Assembly (NCBI GenBank): GCA_964571255.1
Contig: CAZNAA010000001.1
Span: 620,666-684,665, forward strand
Reading direction: 5' to 3'
DNA: 64,000 bases
DNA from: an uncultured Gammaproteobacteria bacterium
GTDB taxonomy: Bacteria; Patescibacteriota; Microgenomatia; Levybacterales; UBA12049
Program-made: the position numbers and the translations under genes
Notes under the pieces: generated by a model
What the model saw: only the letters and a program-made list of their open reading frames with translations
Told to the model about the DNA's origin: nothing
The model's database searches: none
Shown here: in pieces, positions 27,658 through 37,524 of the stretch
How positions within the stretch are numbered: the stretch's first letter is position 1
Layout: each line of letters starts with the position of its first letter

Positions 27658-30033
27658 TTATTTAGAAATCGTATAGATAATTTCTTCATTCTCAACTGAA
27701 AATACTACCTTACTTCCCCGTTGCAGCATATCTTGCAGTTTCATTTTCGCTAAAGCATCCTCAATCGTATCCTGAATATAGCGTCGTAAAGGCCTGGCTC
27801 CAAACTGATTATTAGCTCCATGTGTAGCAATAAAGCCCAAGATGCTTTGATCAAAGCTAACCAAAAAATCTTGTTCTTCAAGGTATTTTGTTAACGATGC
27901 AAGCATGAGCTTGGTCACTTCTATTTGTTCCTGCGCAGAAAGAGGTTCAAACATGATGACATCATCAAATCGATTCAAAAGTTCAGGAGTATACAACCCT
28001 TGTGTTTGCAAAAATTCTAACAGATCTGTTTTCAACTGTTCTGCTTGAGTTTCTGCTTGAATTTTTTCTCGAATAAATTCTGCCCCTGCATTTGAAGTTG
28101 CAATAATGATTGCATTTTTAAAGGACACAACTCTTCCTAACGCATCTGTTAGTCTTCCATCGTCAAGTACCGGAAGGAGAAGATTTAAAACATCTCTGTC
28201 TGCTTTTTCAAATTCATCAAGAAGAATAAGACTAGAGGGATGATCCCGAACAGCTTCTGTTAATTCTCCTCTTCCATTATTTCCTCCAGGCATGCCAATC
28301 AGTCTCGCAACTCCTTCTGCTCCTCTAAATTCACTCATATCAAATCGAAGCATTTTCCCTTCTCCTCCAAAATAGACTGAGGCTAAGGCTTTAGCTGTTT
28401 CTGTTTTTCCAACTCCGGTTGGACCTAGAAACAGAAACGAAATAGGTTTTTTAGGAGGTTCTATATTTGACCGAATTCGCCTCACTGCCTCGGCAATTGC
28501 CACAGTTGCGTGCTGTTGACCAATAATTCTCTCTTGTAACTTGTCTTCAAGGGACAAAAGAGTTTTCTTTTCTTCTTGGCTTGGAGGAAGAGCCGTCGCA
28601 ACCCCTTTTTGTCCAACCGTTTGAGCAACATCTGATTCTTCTAAGAATTGTACTTGTCTTGTCTGGTGGACCCGTTGCCTGACATATCGGATACTGTCCT
28701 CAAGAAGGTTTATCGCACTTCCCGGAAGAACAACGTCTTGGGCATAAGAATCAGAGAGGCGAATTGATTCACGTAAGGCTTGATAACGGATTTTTACTCC
28801 AGTTCGTTTCTCTAAGTCTTCAACTTTTTCACATAAGATATGGAGTGCCGTTTGTTTATCAGGCTCTGAAATAGTAATAACCGTAAAAGCCTCACGAGCT
28901 GGACTATTTTCTAAGTATTGCTTATAGGCAGCTTGGGTCATAGTTGCAATAACAGGAAGTTTCCCATTTTTTAAATAAGGAAGGAGCGCTTCGGCAATAT
29001 TTACCTGGAAAGTAGGATTTCCCAGAATGTTTTCTAAGGCTGGAATATACAAAAGTACGTTATAAGAATGAGACACTTCTTGAATAATGGTTTGTAGCCT
29101 CGTTTCCAAATCAGCTCTATTAGCTGCTCCTGCCAAAAGTTGTCCTACCATTAACTCCAAAATTCGTCTGAAATTTAACTTTTCGGTAAGATTTCCAGAT
29201 TCTGTATCAAAAGCAAAGGCTTTTATGATACTCTCCTTCCCTACACCAATATCTCCAACCAGTAACACGTTATTATTCTCTGGTTTCTGAAGCGTTCCAA
29301 TTAACTCTTCATATTTTGCCTCTCTACTAAATAAATGAGGCCTTTGATAAGAGGAATAATAAAATTCTTGCGTATACTTTTGCGTTTCTGGGGTCCAGCC
29401 AGAAACTACTGCGTCTCCTATTCCTCTGCCACTGACCCGTACTCGAAACGGTTGTGGGTTTTCTTCTTCTGGATGAGCCATTCGAACCCAAGAGAGAAGA
29501 ACAAGGAGATCCTCTCGTTTTAAGTGGAGATTAAAAAGGGTTTGGCTTTGTTCCTCAATAAGCAACAAATAAGAAGCTAATAAATCCATTCGTAAAATGT
29601 ATTTACCCTTCACTTCTGTTGCTAATTCATAGGCAGTACGTAATAGTTGTTGCTGATCCACAAATATCTGAGGAATCATCTGTTTCTCAACTCCAAACCG
29701 GGTGAGAAAGAACTGCCCTTCAACCGTATTTAAAATATTGATTATTCCCCTTGTTCCTTTTTGATAGGCCAAAAGAGCATCAAGCGTACAACACTGGGTT
29801 AAATCAGAAGGATTTTCTGGAATCGTTTTATCAGGCATCATATGGCCTATTTTTCCAAAAACAAACAGCTCAGACGTAATTAAAAATTGAGTTAAAAAAA
29901 GCAAATAAGGAAAAAGGACTTTAGTCTCCCAAGAAAGATAGGCCAAATAGCTTAGTATTAAGACGCCTACTCCTCGAACAATAAGAAATTGCCAGGAAGT
30001 ATAGACTTGATAAATATGGGCAAAATATTTCAT
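27658..30033 (-). CDS. Hsp100/Clp-family ATPase paralog: N-terminal 2-TM anchor + Clp_N-like repeats, degenerate AAA D1 (Walker A GDIGVGKES, Walker B lost), intact D2, no M-domain
   Basis: TMs FLIVRGVGVLILSYLAYLSW / VLFPYLLFLTQFLITSELFVFG; D2 [55 protein letters not shown]; start overlaps upstream gene stop (ATGA). Confidence 0.85.
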   Translation of the reverse strand: MKYFAHIYQVYTSWQFLIVRGVGVLILSYLAYLSWETKVLFPYLLFLTQFLITSELFVFGKIGHMMPDKTIPENPSDLTQCCTLDALLAYQKGTRGIINILNTVEGQFFLTRFGVEKQMIPQIFVDQQQLLRTAYELATEVKGKYILRMDLLASYLLLIEEQSQTLFNLHLKREDLLVLLSWVRMAHPEEENPQPFRVRVSGRGIGDAVVSGWTPETQKYTQEFYYSSYQRPHLFSREAKYEELIGTLQKPENNNVLLVGDIGVGKESIIKAFAFDTESGNLTEKLNFRRILELMVGQLLAGAANRADLETRLQTIIQEVSHSYNVLLYIPALENILGNPTFQVNIAEALLPYLKNGKLPVIATMTQAAYKQYLENSPAREAFTVITISEPDKQTALHILCEKVEDLEKRTGVKIRYQALRESIRLSDSYAQDVVLPGSAINLLEDSIRYVRQRVHQTRQVQFLEESDVAQTVGQKGVATALPPSQEEKKTLLSLEDKLQERIIGQQHATVAIAEAVRRIRSNIEPPKKPISFLFLGPTGVGKTETAKALASVYFGGEGKMLRFDMSEFRGAEGVARLIGMPGGNNGRGELTEAVRDHPSSLILLDEFEKADRDVLNLLLPVLDDGRLTDALGRVVSFKNAIIIATSNAGAEFIREKIQAETQAEQLKTDLLEFLQTQGLYTPELLNRFDDVIMFEPLSAQEQIEVTKLMLASLTKYLEEQDFLVSFDQSILGFIATHGANNQFGARPLRRYIQDTIEDALAKMKLQDMLQRGSKVVFSVENEEIIYTISK

Positions 30034-30377
30034 ATGGCAGATACGATACTCATGATAACAAGAATGGTAACGACAAAAGGAAATCCAATAATAAAACTCA
30101 AAAGGAGTAGCTCAATAAAAAGAATCGGAAGCATCAGAATAAGCCACGTTAAAATAATACATAGTTTCACAAAAATTCCCATCACAATAGAGAATCTCAC
30201 AAGTCCTTCTCGATATTCATTTTTAATTGGTTGAAAAAAGGTTTGGAGAAGCATTTTTATGGAGAACATATGCATAAATGCCTTATTAAATGAGAGAAAA
30301 AAAAGTACTGCTTCTCGAGGTACTTCAATAAACCAAAAATGCAGAAAATAAAGAGGCAAAAGGGAGATATGTGACAT
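30030..30377 (-). CDS. Small polytopic membrane protein (115 aa, ~3 TM)
   Basis: hydrophobic ORF embedded in operon. Confidence 0.5.
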   Translation of the reverse strand: MSHISLLPLYFLHFWFIEVPREAVLFFLSFNKAFMHMFSIKMLLQTFFQPIKNEYREGLVRFSIVMGIFVKLCIILTWLILMLPILFIELLLLSFIIGFPFVVTILVIMSIVSAI

Positions 30378-30415
30378 GCTTTCAGTCTAAAGGGTTTTTA
30401 ATGGGTTTGCAATTT

Positions 30416-33280
30416 CTATGCAGCTGCAGAAAGTGTCGCACCCGTTGCTGGAGGTTTCGGAGCATCAGGCTGTGACTGATTAAACTCTTGCGTCGGTGGT
30501 AAATTCCACCCAGAAGAAGAAGCAGCAGGAGGAGGAGGTACAGCTGATACAGGGGATGAACTCATAACTGGTGCACCTTCAGTTATTGGAGGCAGCGATG
30601 ATACAGGAGAAGGGGTAGAAGCGAGTAGAGACGGAGGTACCTCTACTGGAGGCATTTGAGATGTGTCAGCAAGATTCTTTTCACTCATTGGATCAATTTC
30701 ATCTAGTTTTGCATCAGGAGTTGGAGGGATTTCTTCTCCTTGAACAGGAGAGGCATCCGGTTTTGCACCACCTGCACTAGCAGAGCCTTTAGCAAAGGTG
30801 AATTCTGATTTTGTAGCGTCGTATCCAACTAAAATAACATCAGGTGAGGCAAATGTTTTCCCAATAAGCTTGACTGCGATGGGATTTTCAATAGAGGTTT
30901 GAATCAACCGTCGTAACGGACGAGCTCCATAGACTGGATCATATCCTTCCTTGGCAAGCTCCATGAGAGCAGATTGGGTAATTTGGAGATCAAGTCCTTG
31001 CTCTTGAAGCAGATGGGCTGTTTTGGCAATATTATTTTTGGCAATTGAGGCCATATCAGCTTGTGCTAGAGGCTTAAAGACAACTACTTCATCAAATCGA
31101 TTCAAAAGCTCTGGCTTGAAAAACTTATGCAACTCATCAGAAAGAAGTGAATTAAGGTCTGCAAAGTCTTTCTGATACTCCTCCTCAGTTGCATGAGGTT
31201 TGCTCATTTGCTGCTGGATCAAAGCACTTCCGATATTTGAAGTAGCAATAATAATGGTGTTTTTGAAAGAAATAGTATTTCCTTTGTTATCCGTAAGTCT
31301 CCCATCCTCAAGCAGTTGCAGTAAAATATTAAAGACATCAGGATGGGCTTTTTCAATCTCATCAAGAAGCACAATGGAGTACGGTTTTCGTCTTACTGCT
31401 TCTGTTAATTGACCACCCTCTTCATAGCCAACATAGCCTGGAGGAGCTCCGATAAGCTTGGCTACTTCATGTTTTTCCATATACTCACTCATATCAAGTC
31501 GAACAAGTGCGTCTTCTTTGCCAAAAAGAATTTCAGCTAGGGTCTTGGCCAACTCTGTTTTTCCAACTCCAGTAGGGCCGAGGAAAATAAATGAAGCAAT
31601 CGGACGAGTAGGACTTGCGAGTCCAATTCTTCCTCTTTGAACTGCCTCTGTTACTGATTGGACAGCTTCTTCTTGCCCAATAAGACGTTTGTGGATAAGC
31701 TCAGCCAAGTGAAGTAGTTTTTCTCCTTCATCTTCAGTCAATTTAGTAATAGGAATCCCTGTCCAACTACTTACAACCTTTTCAATATCTGATTTGACTA
31801 CTGCTGTATCTGTTTTTTTACCTGTTGAGTGTTGCAGCTTAACATCTGCTGCAGCCTCATCCATCAAATCCACTGCTTTATCTGGCAAAAATCTCTCTCC
31901 AATATATTTTTTTGACAAATGGACTGCGTCTTTTAAGGTTTCATCTGAAAAAGTCACACTATGAAACTTCTCATATTTTGGCTTAATGATTTGAAGCATC
32001 TCAACTGCAACTTCCTCAGTTGGTTCGTCAACTATAATTGGCTGAAAGCGTCTTTCAAAGGCTTTATCCTTTTCAAAATGCTTCCGATACTCACTGGTTG
32101 TTGTCGTTCCAATAAGCTGCAACTGTCCCCGAGCTAGATAGGGTTTAACAATATTTGAAGCATCCAGTGCTCCTCCCTCATCTCCTGCTCCAATAAGAGT
32201 ATGAATTTCATCAATGAAAAGAATGATCTCTCCACTCGCCTCAATGGTTTCTTTAATAACATCTCGAAGTCTCTCCTCAAACTCTCCCCGATGAGATGCT
32301 CCGGCCACAAGAGAGGCAAGATCCATTTGAATAATTCTTTTACCTGAGAGATCTTTTGGAGCAGTTCCTCCCACAATTGATTGAGCAAGGCCTTCAACAA
32401 TAGCCGTCTTTCCAACTCCTGCCTCTCCAATGATAATAGGATTATTTTTCGATCTTCTGAGTAAAATATGCACCATTCGCTCAATTTCTTTATCTCGTCC
32501 TGCAATCGGATCTAATTTTCCGTCTTTGGCTTGTTGAGTGAGATCAATTCCATATTTCTCCAAAACTGATTTTTTTCCCGTGTGATAGGTGGGATTTTTA
32601 GCAAGAGACTGAACAAGCTTATCTTTTTGAATTCCCTTCTCACTGAGTGCTTTATTCATCGATTCCAAAGAGGCAAGAGCTACGAGGAGATCTTCAGGTG
32701 AGATAAAGGCAACTCCTCGTCCTTTCACGTCCTTATATGCAGCATCAAAAACTGATTTGGTTTGATCACTCAGTTTTGGCTGCCCTGAAAAATTCCCTGG
32801 AATTTGTTTCGCTTGGATTTCTTTAGAAAGGGCTCCAACATCTACTGATTCTTTTTGCAAAAGAGCAAAAATTTCTTGATCAAAAAGAATTCCATATAAA
32901 AGCAAATCTGGCTCAATCTTTTCTTTTTTCAATCTTGTTGCTTCTTCTTGAGCATGGGTCAAGGCTTGGGAAGATCTCGCATCTAGATGAGAAAGAACTG
33001 ACATGTCTTGCTTGGTTGCAGGATCTAAGGAAGAAGACGTTGAGGCAACAGGTGTTTGTCCTATAGGAGCTTCTGGATCAAGAGGAGTTGGATCATTAGG
33101 AACAGGAGATACAGGCGTACTCGTTGCACCTGAAGAAGCTAATGGAGCTTGAGGTACAGGAGTAGCTACTGGCTGAGCAGATGGTGTTTGTCCGTCTTCT
33201 GGTTTATGAAATAAATTACCAAACATAGTTCCATTATGGACATAAGTTTTGTCAAAAAGCAACTTATAACCTGTCTTCAC
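30416..33280 (-). CDS. ClpA/ClpC-type Hsp100 ATPase (two Clp_N repeats, canonical D1 and D2, no long M-domain) with Pro/Ser/Thr-rich N- and C-terminal extensions
   Basis: D1 [32 protein letters not shown]; D2 [56 protein letters not shown]; 954 aa; overlaps upstream gene by 17 nt. Confidence 0.9.
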   Translation of the reverse strand: MKTGYKLLFDKTYVHNGTMFGNLFHKPEDGQTPSAQPVATPVPQAPLASSGATSTPVSPVPNDPTPLDPEAPIGQTPVASTSSSLDPATKQDMSVLSHLDARSSQALTHAQEEATRLKKEKIEPDLLLYGILFDQEIFALLQKESVDVGALSKEIQAKQIPGNFSGQPKLSDQTKSVFDAAYKDVKGRGVAFISPEDLLVALASLESMNKALSEKGIQKDKLVQSLAKNPTYHTGKKSVLEKYGIDLTQQAKDGKLDPIAGRDKEIERMVHILLRRSKNNPIIIGEAGVGKTAIVEGLAQSIVGGTAPKDLSGKRIIQMDLASLVAGASHRGEFEERLRDVIKETIEASGEIILFIDEIHTLIGAGDEGGALDASNIVKPYLARGQLQLIGTTTTSEYRKHFEKDKAFERRFQPIIVDEPTEEVAVEMLQIIKPKYEKFHSVTFSDETLKDAVHLSKKYIGERFLPDKAVDLMDEAAADVKLQHSTGKKTDTAVVKSDIEKVVSSWTGIPITKLTEDEGEKLLHLAELIHKRLIGQEEAVQSVTEAVQRGRIGLASPTRPIASFIFLGPTGVGKTELAKTLAEILFGKEDALVRLDMSEYMEKHEVAKLIGAPPGYVGYEEGGQLTEAVRRKPYSIVLLDEIEKAHPDVFNILLQLLEDGRLTDNKGNTISFKNTIIIATSNIGSALIQQQMSKPHATEEEYQKDFADLNSLLSDELHKFFKPELLNRFDEVVVFKPLAQADMASIAKNNIAKTAHLLQEQGLDLQITQSALMELAKEGYDPVYGARPLRRLIQTSIENPIAVKLIGKTFASPDVILVGYDATKSEFTFAKGSASAGGAKPDASPVQGEEIPPTPDAKLDEIDPMSEKNLADTSQMPPVEVPPSLLASTPSPVSSLPPITEGAPVMSSSPVSAVPPPPAASSSGWNLPPTQEFNQSQPDAPKPPATGATLSAAA

Positions 33281-36200
33281 TTACAGGAGCTTTTTCCTCT
33301 GTTTTACTTGGTGGAATCTCTTCTTTTATCTCCATGTGTTGCACCTTCATCTCAGGCTTTTTCTCGTCACGTCTGGCAGGAAGTTTTGATTCTTCCTCTT
33401 GCTCTTTTTTATCGACATCCTCAAGTACATCTTTGGCTGCTTCTTGTTTGGCCTTCAAATAGCCAACAATTTCTGTTTGTGAGAAGCCTCCAATAAGAAG
33501 GAACGGCAGAATACCTGATACTTTTTTCATTCCTTCCTGTCTTTTTTCATTGACTGGAGAGGAAAGAAGGTTAATGGCCTCAGTAATCTCTTCAATATCT
33601 TGACTGATAAATTGAGCCTTTGGTACTTTTTGTCCTTGTCTAATTGGTTCATCGAGATTTTCATAGTTTTCCTTCCAGATTTTTTTGACTGCTTCATAAT
33701 CCTCAAGTGAGACGTTTTGAACTCTATTCACAACGGGGAAGGAGACATCTTTTTTAATCAGTGAGGTATTGGGTTTTTGCTGGCGTTGTTTGACCAACAA
33801 ACTATAAATAAATCCAGCTAACTGATCACCCTTGTCTTTGGCCTTTACTAGTTCCTCTTTGACTTTCTCAACGGTAACTACAGGCTGTACAGGTGTAACC
33901 GTTTGGATAAGTTGAGTAGCAAAAGGTGTTTGTTGTTGAGCCTCAAGACGGATTTGTTGGGTGAGATTAAAGACTGTTTCTTTACTCGCTTCTCCTCTTC
34001 CCTCAATCATATCCAAAAGTTGCGTGGCAAGTTTGTTGCCTTTTACTTGCTCTTCTTTAATAAAGGTAAGAAGTACTGTGTAGGACTCTTTCTCTTTTTG
34101 ATCAGTAATAAGCTCTGGTTTAAGAAGTTTCTCAACAATCTCTGTAACTTTTTGTGACTGAACTGGAGCAGGAGTAGATTGGACAGGAGTAGTTTGTTTT
34201 TGAACAAGTGTAGAAAGAACCGATTGGAGAGTTGTACTTCCTCGTACTTCTTTTATCGTTTGAGTTACTTGCTTAATCAGATCTTGCGTAATATTTTGAG
34301 GTGATTGGAGAATAGGGAGAAGTTGAGTAGCTAACTGATCACCTTTTTGGGCATCTTTGACAATCGTTTCTCGAATAGTCATAGCTGTTTCTTTTTCTTT
34401 TTGAGGAAGCAAATCAGGTTGAGCTAGGTGTTGGATAAAGGTAGCAACATGATTTTCTGTAATTTCCGTTGTCCCTTGTTGCAAATACGTATTGGTAATG
34501 TAGTTTACAACTGATTGATCTGTTTTATTAACTTGGCTCATTTGCTGAGTGAGAGAATTCATAACAGATGGAGAAAGAGATTGCGTTTGGGTAATAAGTG
34601 AGAGCAGTTGACGAGCTAGTGGAGTACCCAACACTGCTTCTTTCGTAATCGTTTCTTTCAAAACTTCTATATTTTGCTTGTCAGAAATGTTGGTAATCAC
34701 CTCAGGATGTGCGAGTTGGTTAATAATAGTAGTTAAGGCTTGCTCTGTTGAAACAGCTTGGGTACTACTCGACTGATCAGTTTTGGAGGAGATATATTGA
34801 TTAAGAGTTGTGGCAAAAGAGTTTCCCGCAACAGATTGCTGGCTTACGGTCTCTTTGACTTTCTCATAGACTGTTTTTTCGGTTATTTGAGTAACTCGCT
34901 CAGGTGTTGCAATGTTATTTAAGATATTAATTAACACTGGTCTGTCGTCTGAAACAGTAACAGGAGTTGAAACAATAGCACTGGATGCTTGCAATACGAC
35001 ATTGGCAAATTGATTCCCTCTTTGACTTTCATTTCTTAACGTCTCTCGAATCCTTTCAAATTGTTGTCTTTCAACAGGAGTTCTAGCCAGTTGAGGATTT
35101 GAGATTTGTTGGAGATTTTGAACAGACACAGGAGTACTCGTTTGCGTTGTTGTTGTCGTTTTTATTTGATTAGTATCGAACATGGCAATATCTCGCATAG
35201 TAGGAATTGCTACTTGGATTTGTTTGAGAACTTCATTTAACCTACTCACCTCTGTACTTCGAATAACAGGAGTTGATTGCTGCTGTTGCACTGAAACCGT
35301 TTGTCTTAATGGCCTTGCTTGAGGCAGTGACTTGGCCTGAGAGGCTGGAGTAACCGATTGAACGATAGGTTCTGAGAAAGGAAGTTGCAGCTTTCGTCCA
35401 AACGGCAAACTGAGAGCCTTTCCAGTTGGGAAGGAAGGAGGAGTAGGTGGAGGTGGTGGAGATAGTGGTTGACGATTAAGCATAGTATTTGAGAGAGCAA
35501 GAAACTGCTTCATTCCTGGAGCATCATTTAAAGCAAGACTAAATAGATAATCAAGAAAAATACGAAGCAAGATAAAGGGCAAAATCATAACAGCCCACAG
35601 CATCATGAGACAAATAGTGTAGAGAGCAAACGTTTCAGGAAGATTCACGCTACTGGCAAGACCAATAGCTTGTCTTGGTCCTCCTAGTAAAATATTCACT
35701 GCTGTTTGATAGACAGGAGTTGCCGTTTTCGTAACAATAGTTCCTGTTGGTTGATAAGAAAAAAGCGGAATGGTTGATTGCCACAAAGAGACAAGTCCTG
35801 CAAGGAGTACGGCAAAAAGAGGGCCATATAATACCCACCGGAAAAACTCCCCTATCCAAATTTTAGCGGTATTTCGAATCGGCCAGTAGAAAAGAAGCAG
35901 AGGGAAAATGGGAGAGATAATAATAAAAAACCACAATACTATTTTTCGAATAATAAGCATGGCAGCCATGGCATAATAGGTAACTGCAGTAAGTCTGGTT
36001 AAAAGAAGCGTCATGAACGCTGACTCATCAGTAAAGGAGTCTACTCGCTTGTACCCGATAAAGTCTTCATATTTAAATGCAATATTTAGCAAATTTTCTT
36101 GACTAATTGTTTGACGCACTGCAGCAGTGGCGGGATCTGGATTTCGCAGGAAAAACCCTTGGGTAATATCAGTTAGTTGATAAATGATCTGGACCATTCC

Positions 36201-36584
36201 AAATGAAAAGGTGACTAGAAGTAAAATTCCCACAAAGCGGGGAATAAATTTTTGCAAGCTAATATTACTTCCCCTAGTTATGAGCATCAAAAACGCTGTT
36301 GAGAGAATAAAGAGAGCAAAGAATGCATAGACAAGATTTCTGATAATAATCCAGAAAGGAATGAGAGGGTTTCCTTCGTTGCCTAACTGCACCCATTTGT
36401 AGTTTTCCAACGTCCAATCCAAAAACGCTCCAGCTCGTGCAGCTGTTTTTCCAACAAAGGTTACTTCATTATCAACAACCCACGTTCCAACTAAGTCAGC
36501 TGCAAAAATATGAGAGGGAACAAAGAACAAAAGAATACTAAAAATGGTAAGAAAAAGAAGAAAGTTGGGCAGCAAGCGTTTCAT
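33264..36584 (-). CDS. Large membrane protein (1106 aa): signal peptide + ~7-8 TM N-terminal module, poly-Pro linker, ~600-aa Gln/Thr/Ser-rich region of ~6 degenerate tandem repeats, acidic/Lys tail
   Basis: repeat signatures ETIVKDAQKGDQLATQLLPIL / ETITKEAVLGTPLARQLLSLI / EEQVKGNKLATQLLDMI / KAKDKGDQLAGFIYSLL / RNESQRGNQFANVVLQ / QQSVAGNSFATTLNQYI, each preceded by (H/Q)PE(V/L)IT-like segment. Confidence 0.8.
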   Translation of the reverse strand: MKRLLPNFLLFLTIFSILLFFVPSHIFAADLVGTWVVDNEVTFVGKTAARAGAFLDWTLENYKWVQLGNEGNPLIPFWIIIRNLVYAFFALFILSTAFLMLITRGSNISLQKFIPRFVGILLLVTFSFGMVQIIYQLTDITQGFFLRNPDPATAAVRQTISQENLLNIAFKYEDFIGYKRVDSFTDESAFMTLLLTRLTAVTYYAMAAMLIIRKIVLWFFIIISPIFPLLLFYWPIRNTAKIWIGEFFRWVLYGPLFAVLLAGLVSLWQSTIPLFSYQPTGTIVTKTATPVYQTAVNILLGGPRQAIGLASSVNLPETFALYTICLMMLWAVMILPFILLRIFLDYLFSLALNDAPGMKQFLALSNTMLNRQPLSPPPPPTPPSFPTGKALSLPFGRKLQLPFSEPIVQSVTPASQAKSLPQARPLRQTVSVQQQQSTPVIRSTEVSRLNEVLKQIQVAIPTMRDIAMFDTNQIKTTTTTQTSTPVSVQNLQQISNPQLARTPVERQQFERIRETLRNESQRGNQFANVVLQASSAIVSTPVTVSDDRPVLINILNNIATPERVTQITEKTVYEKVKETVSQQSVAGNSFATTLNQYISSKTDQSSSTQAVSTEQALTTIINQLAHPEVITNISDKQNIEVLKETITKEAVLGTPLARQLLSLITQTQSLSPSVMNSLTQQMSQVNKTDQSVVNYITNTYLQQGTTEITENHVATFIQHLAQPDLLPQKEKETAMTIRETIVKDAQKGDQLATQLLPILQSPQNITQDLIKQVTQTIKEVRGSTTLQSVLSTLVQKQTTPVQSTPAPVQSQKVTEIVEKLLKPELITDQKEKESYTVLLTFIKEEQVKGNKLATQLLDMIEGRGEASKETVFNLTQQIRLEAQQQTPFATQLIQTVTPVQPVVTVEKVKEELVKAKDKGDQLAGFIYSLLVKQRQQKPNTSLIKKDVSFPVVNRVQNVSLEDYEAVKKIWKENYENLDEPIRQGQKVPKAQFISQDIEEITEAINLLSSPVNEKRQEGMKKVSGILPFLLIGGFSQTEIVGYLKAKQEAAKDVLEDVDKKEQEEESKLPARRDEKKPEMKVQHMEIKEEIPPSKTEEKAPVSEDRL

Positions 36585-36702
36585 ACTATAAATTCATAAA
36601 AAGAGTAGACAGAATTACCTATCTCTCCTCTTGTATAGTAGCATATTTACTGACTCATATTGGAATAGATATTTAACAAATTGTGGATGAAAAAGAGATT
36701 CA

Positions 36703-36733
36703 GGTATCCCGCTGCAGTTAGCAGCGGAATACC
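36703..36733 (-). terminator. 13-bp stem hairpin GGTATcCCGCTGC-AGTTA-GCAGCGGaATACC followed on minus strand by UCUCUUUUUC
   Basis: seen directly; sits between GC-islet ORF and the Clp operon start. Confidence 0.5.
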
Positions 36734-36904
36734 ATACTCTTGCGATGATAGTGTGAAGGAGTAGTCTACGGTAGCCTGCATCTCCCACCCAATGGAATCA
36801 TGCCCCCAGCGTTTACCCACCCTGAGGCGCGTAGTCGCTTTGCAACCGCCTGCTCGTCTTCTTCTTTGGTACGGGCTTGACATGATCTCCATCCTTTCTT
36901 GTTG

Positions 36905-37276
36905 TTAACCATTTATCTGCTCGTCGATCATCGAGAGCAGCAGTTCGCGGACATTGTCCTCCGCTAACAACCGTCGGAGAGCAAGCCTCGTGATAGCACC
37001 CTTGAAGGCCGAGAGAAAGATCTCGATGATAGCGTGTTCGTGTTGGGAAGCAAAATTGTGTTTTTTTTGCTTCGCCAAATCCTGCCACCTCGGATAGTGG
37101 GGGCGTTCGTGGGGGAAGAACTTAACAGTCTTTTCCCCCCAGAAACGCCACCTGGGCCTGCGATGATCTACCCTATTGAACTTATCCCACGTTTCTATTG
37201 GAAGTAAGTCCACAAGTGCTACAACAAACGCTGTAGTATTGTTTTTGAGGTCGATTTGAGAATCTAGGATTTCCAT
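36905..37276 (-). CDS. Hypothetical protein in second GC-rich islet (~123 aa)
   Basis: GGAGG upstream of ATG 37276 (MEILDSQIDLK...); GC ~50%; overlapping alternative-frame ORFs judged spurious. Confidence 0.45.
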   Translation of the reverse strand: MEILDSQIDLKNNTTAFVVALVDLLPIETWDKFNRVDHRRPRWRFWGEKTVKFFPHERPHYPRWQDLAKQKKHNFASQHEHAIIEIFLSAFKGAITRLALRRLLAEDNVRELLLSMIDEQING

Positions 37277-37524
37277 TTTTCCCTCCTGCCCTCCTACCAC
37301 TGGTACATCCAGTAGTATTGAAGCAAGTAAAAAGAAAAGAAATTAATTCCTTCCCTCTTTCCTTGCTTCAAAAGATAACAGAGATTACGTTTCACAACTA
37401 TTAATGTGCAAGAGAATTAAAATATTCTAGGTTCTACTAGATTTCTGCATTCAGAAATAAGTTGAATCTAAAAACTGAGAAGATTATAAGATAAAAATAG
37501 AGAGATTGCAAACTATGGGGTTGA

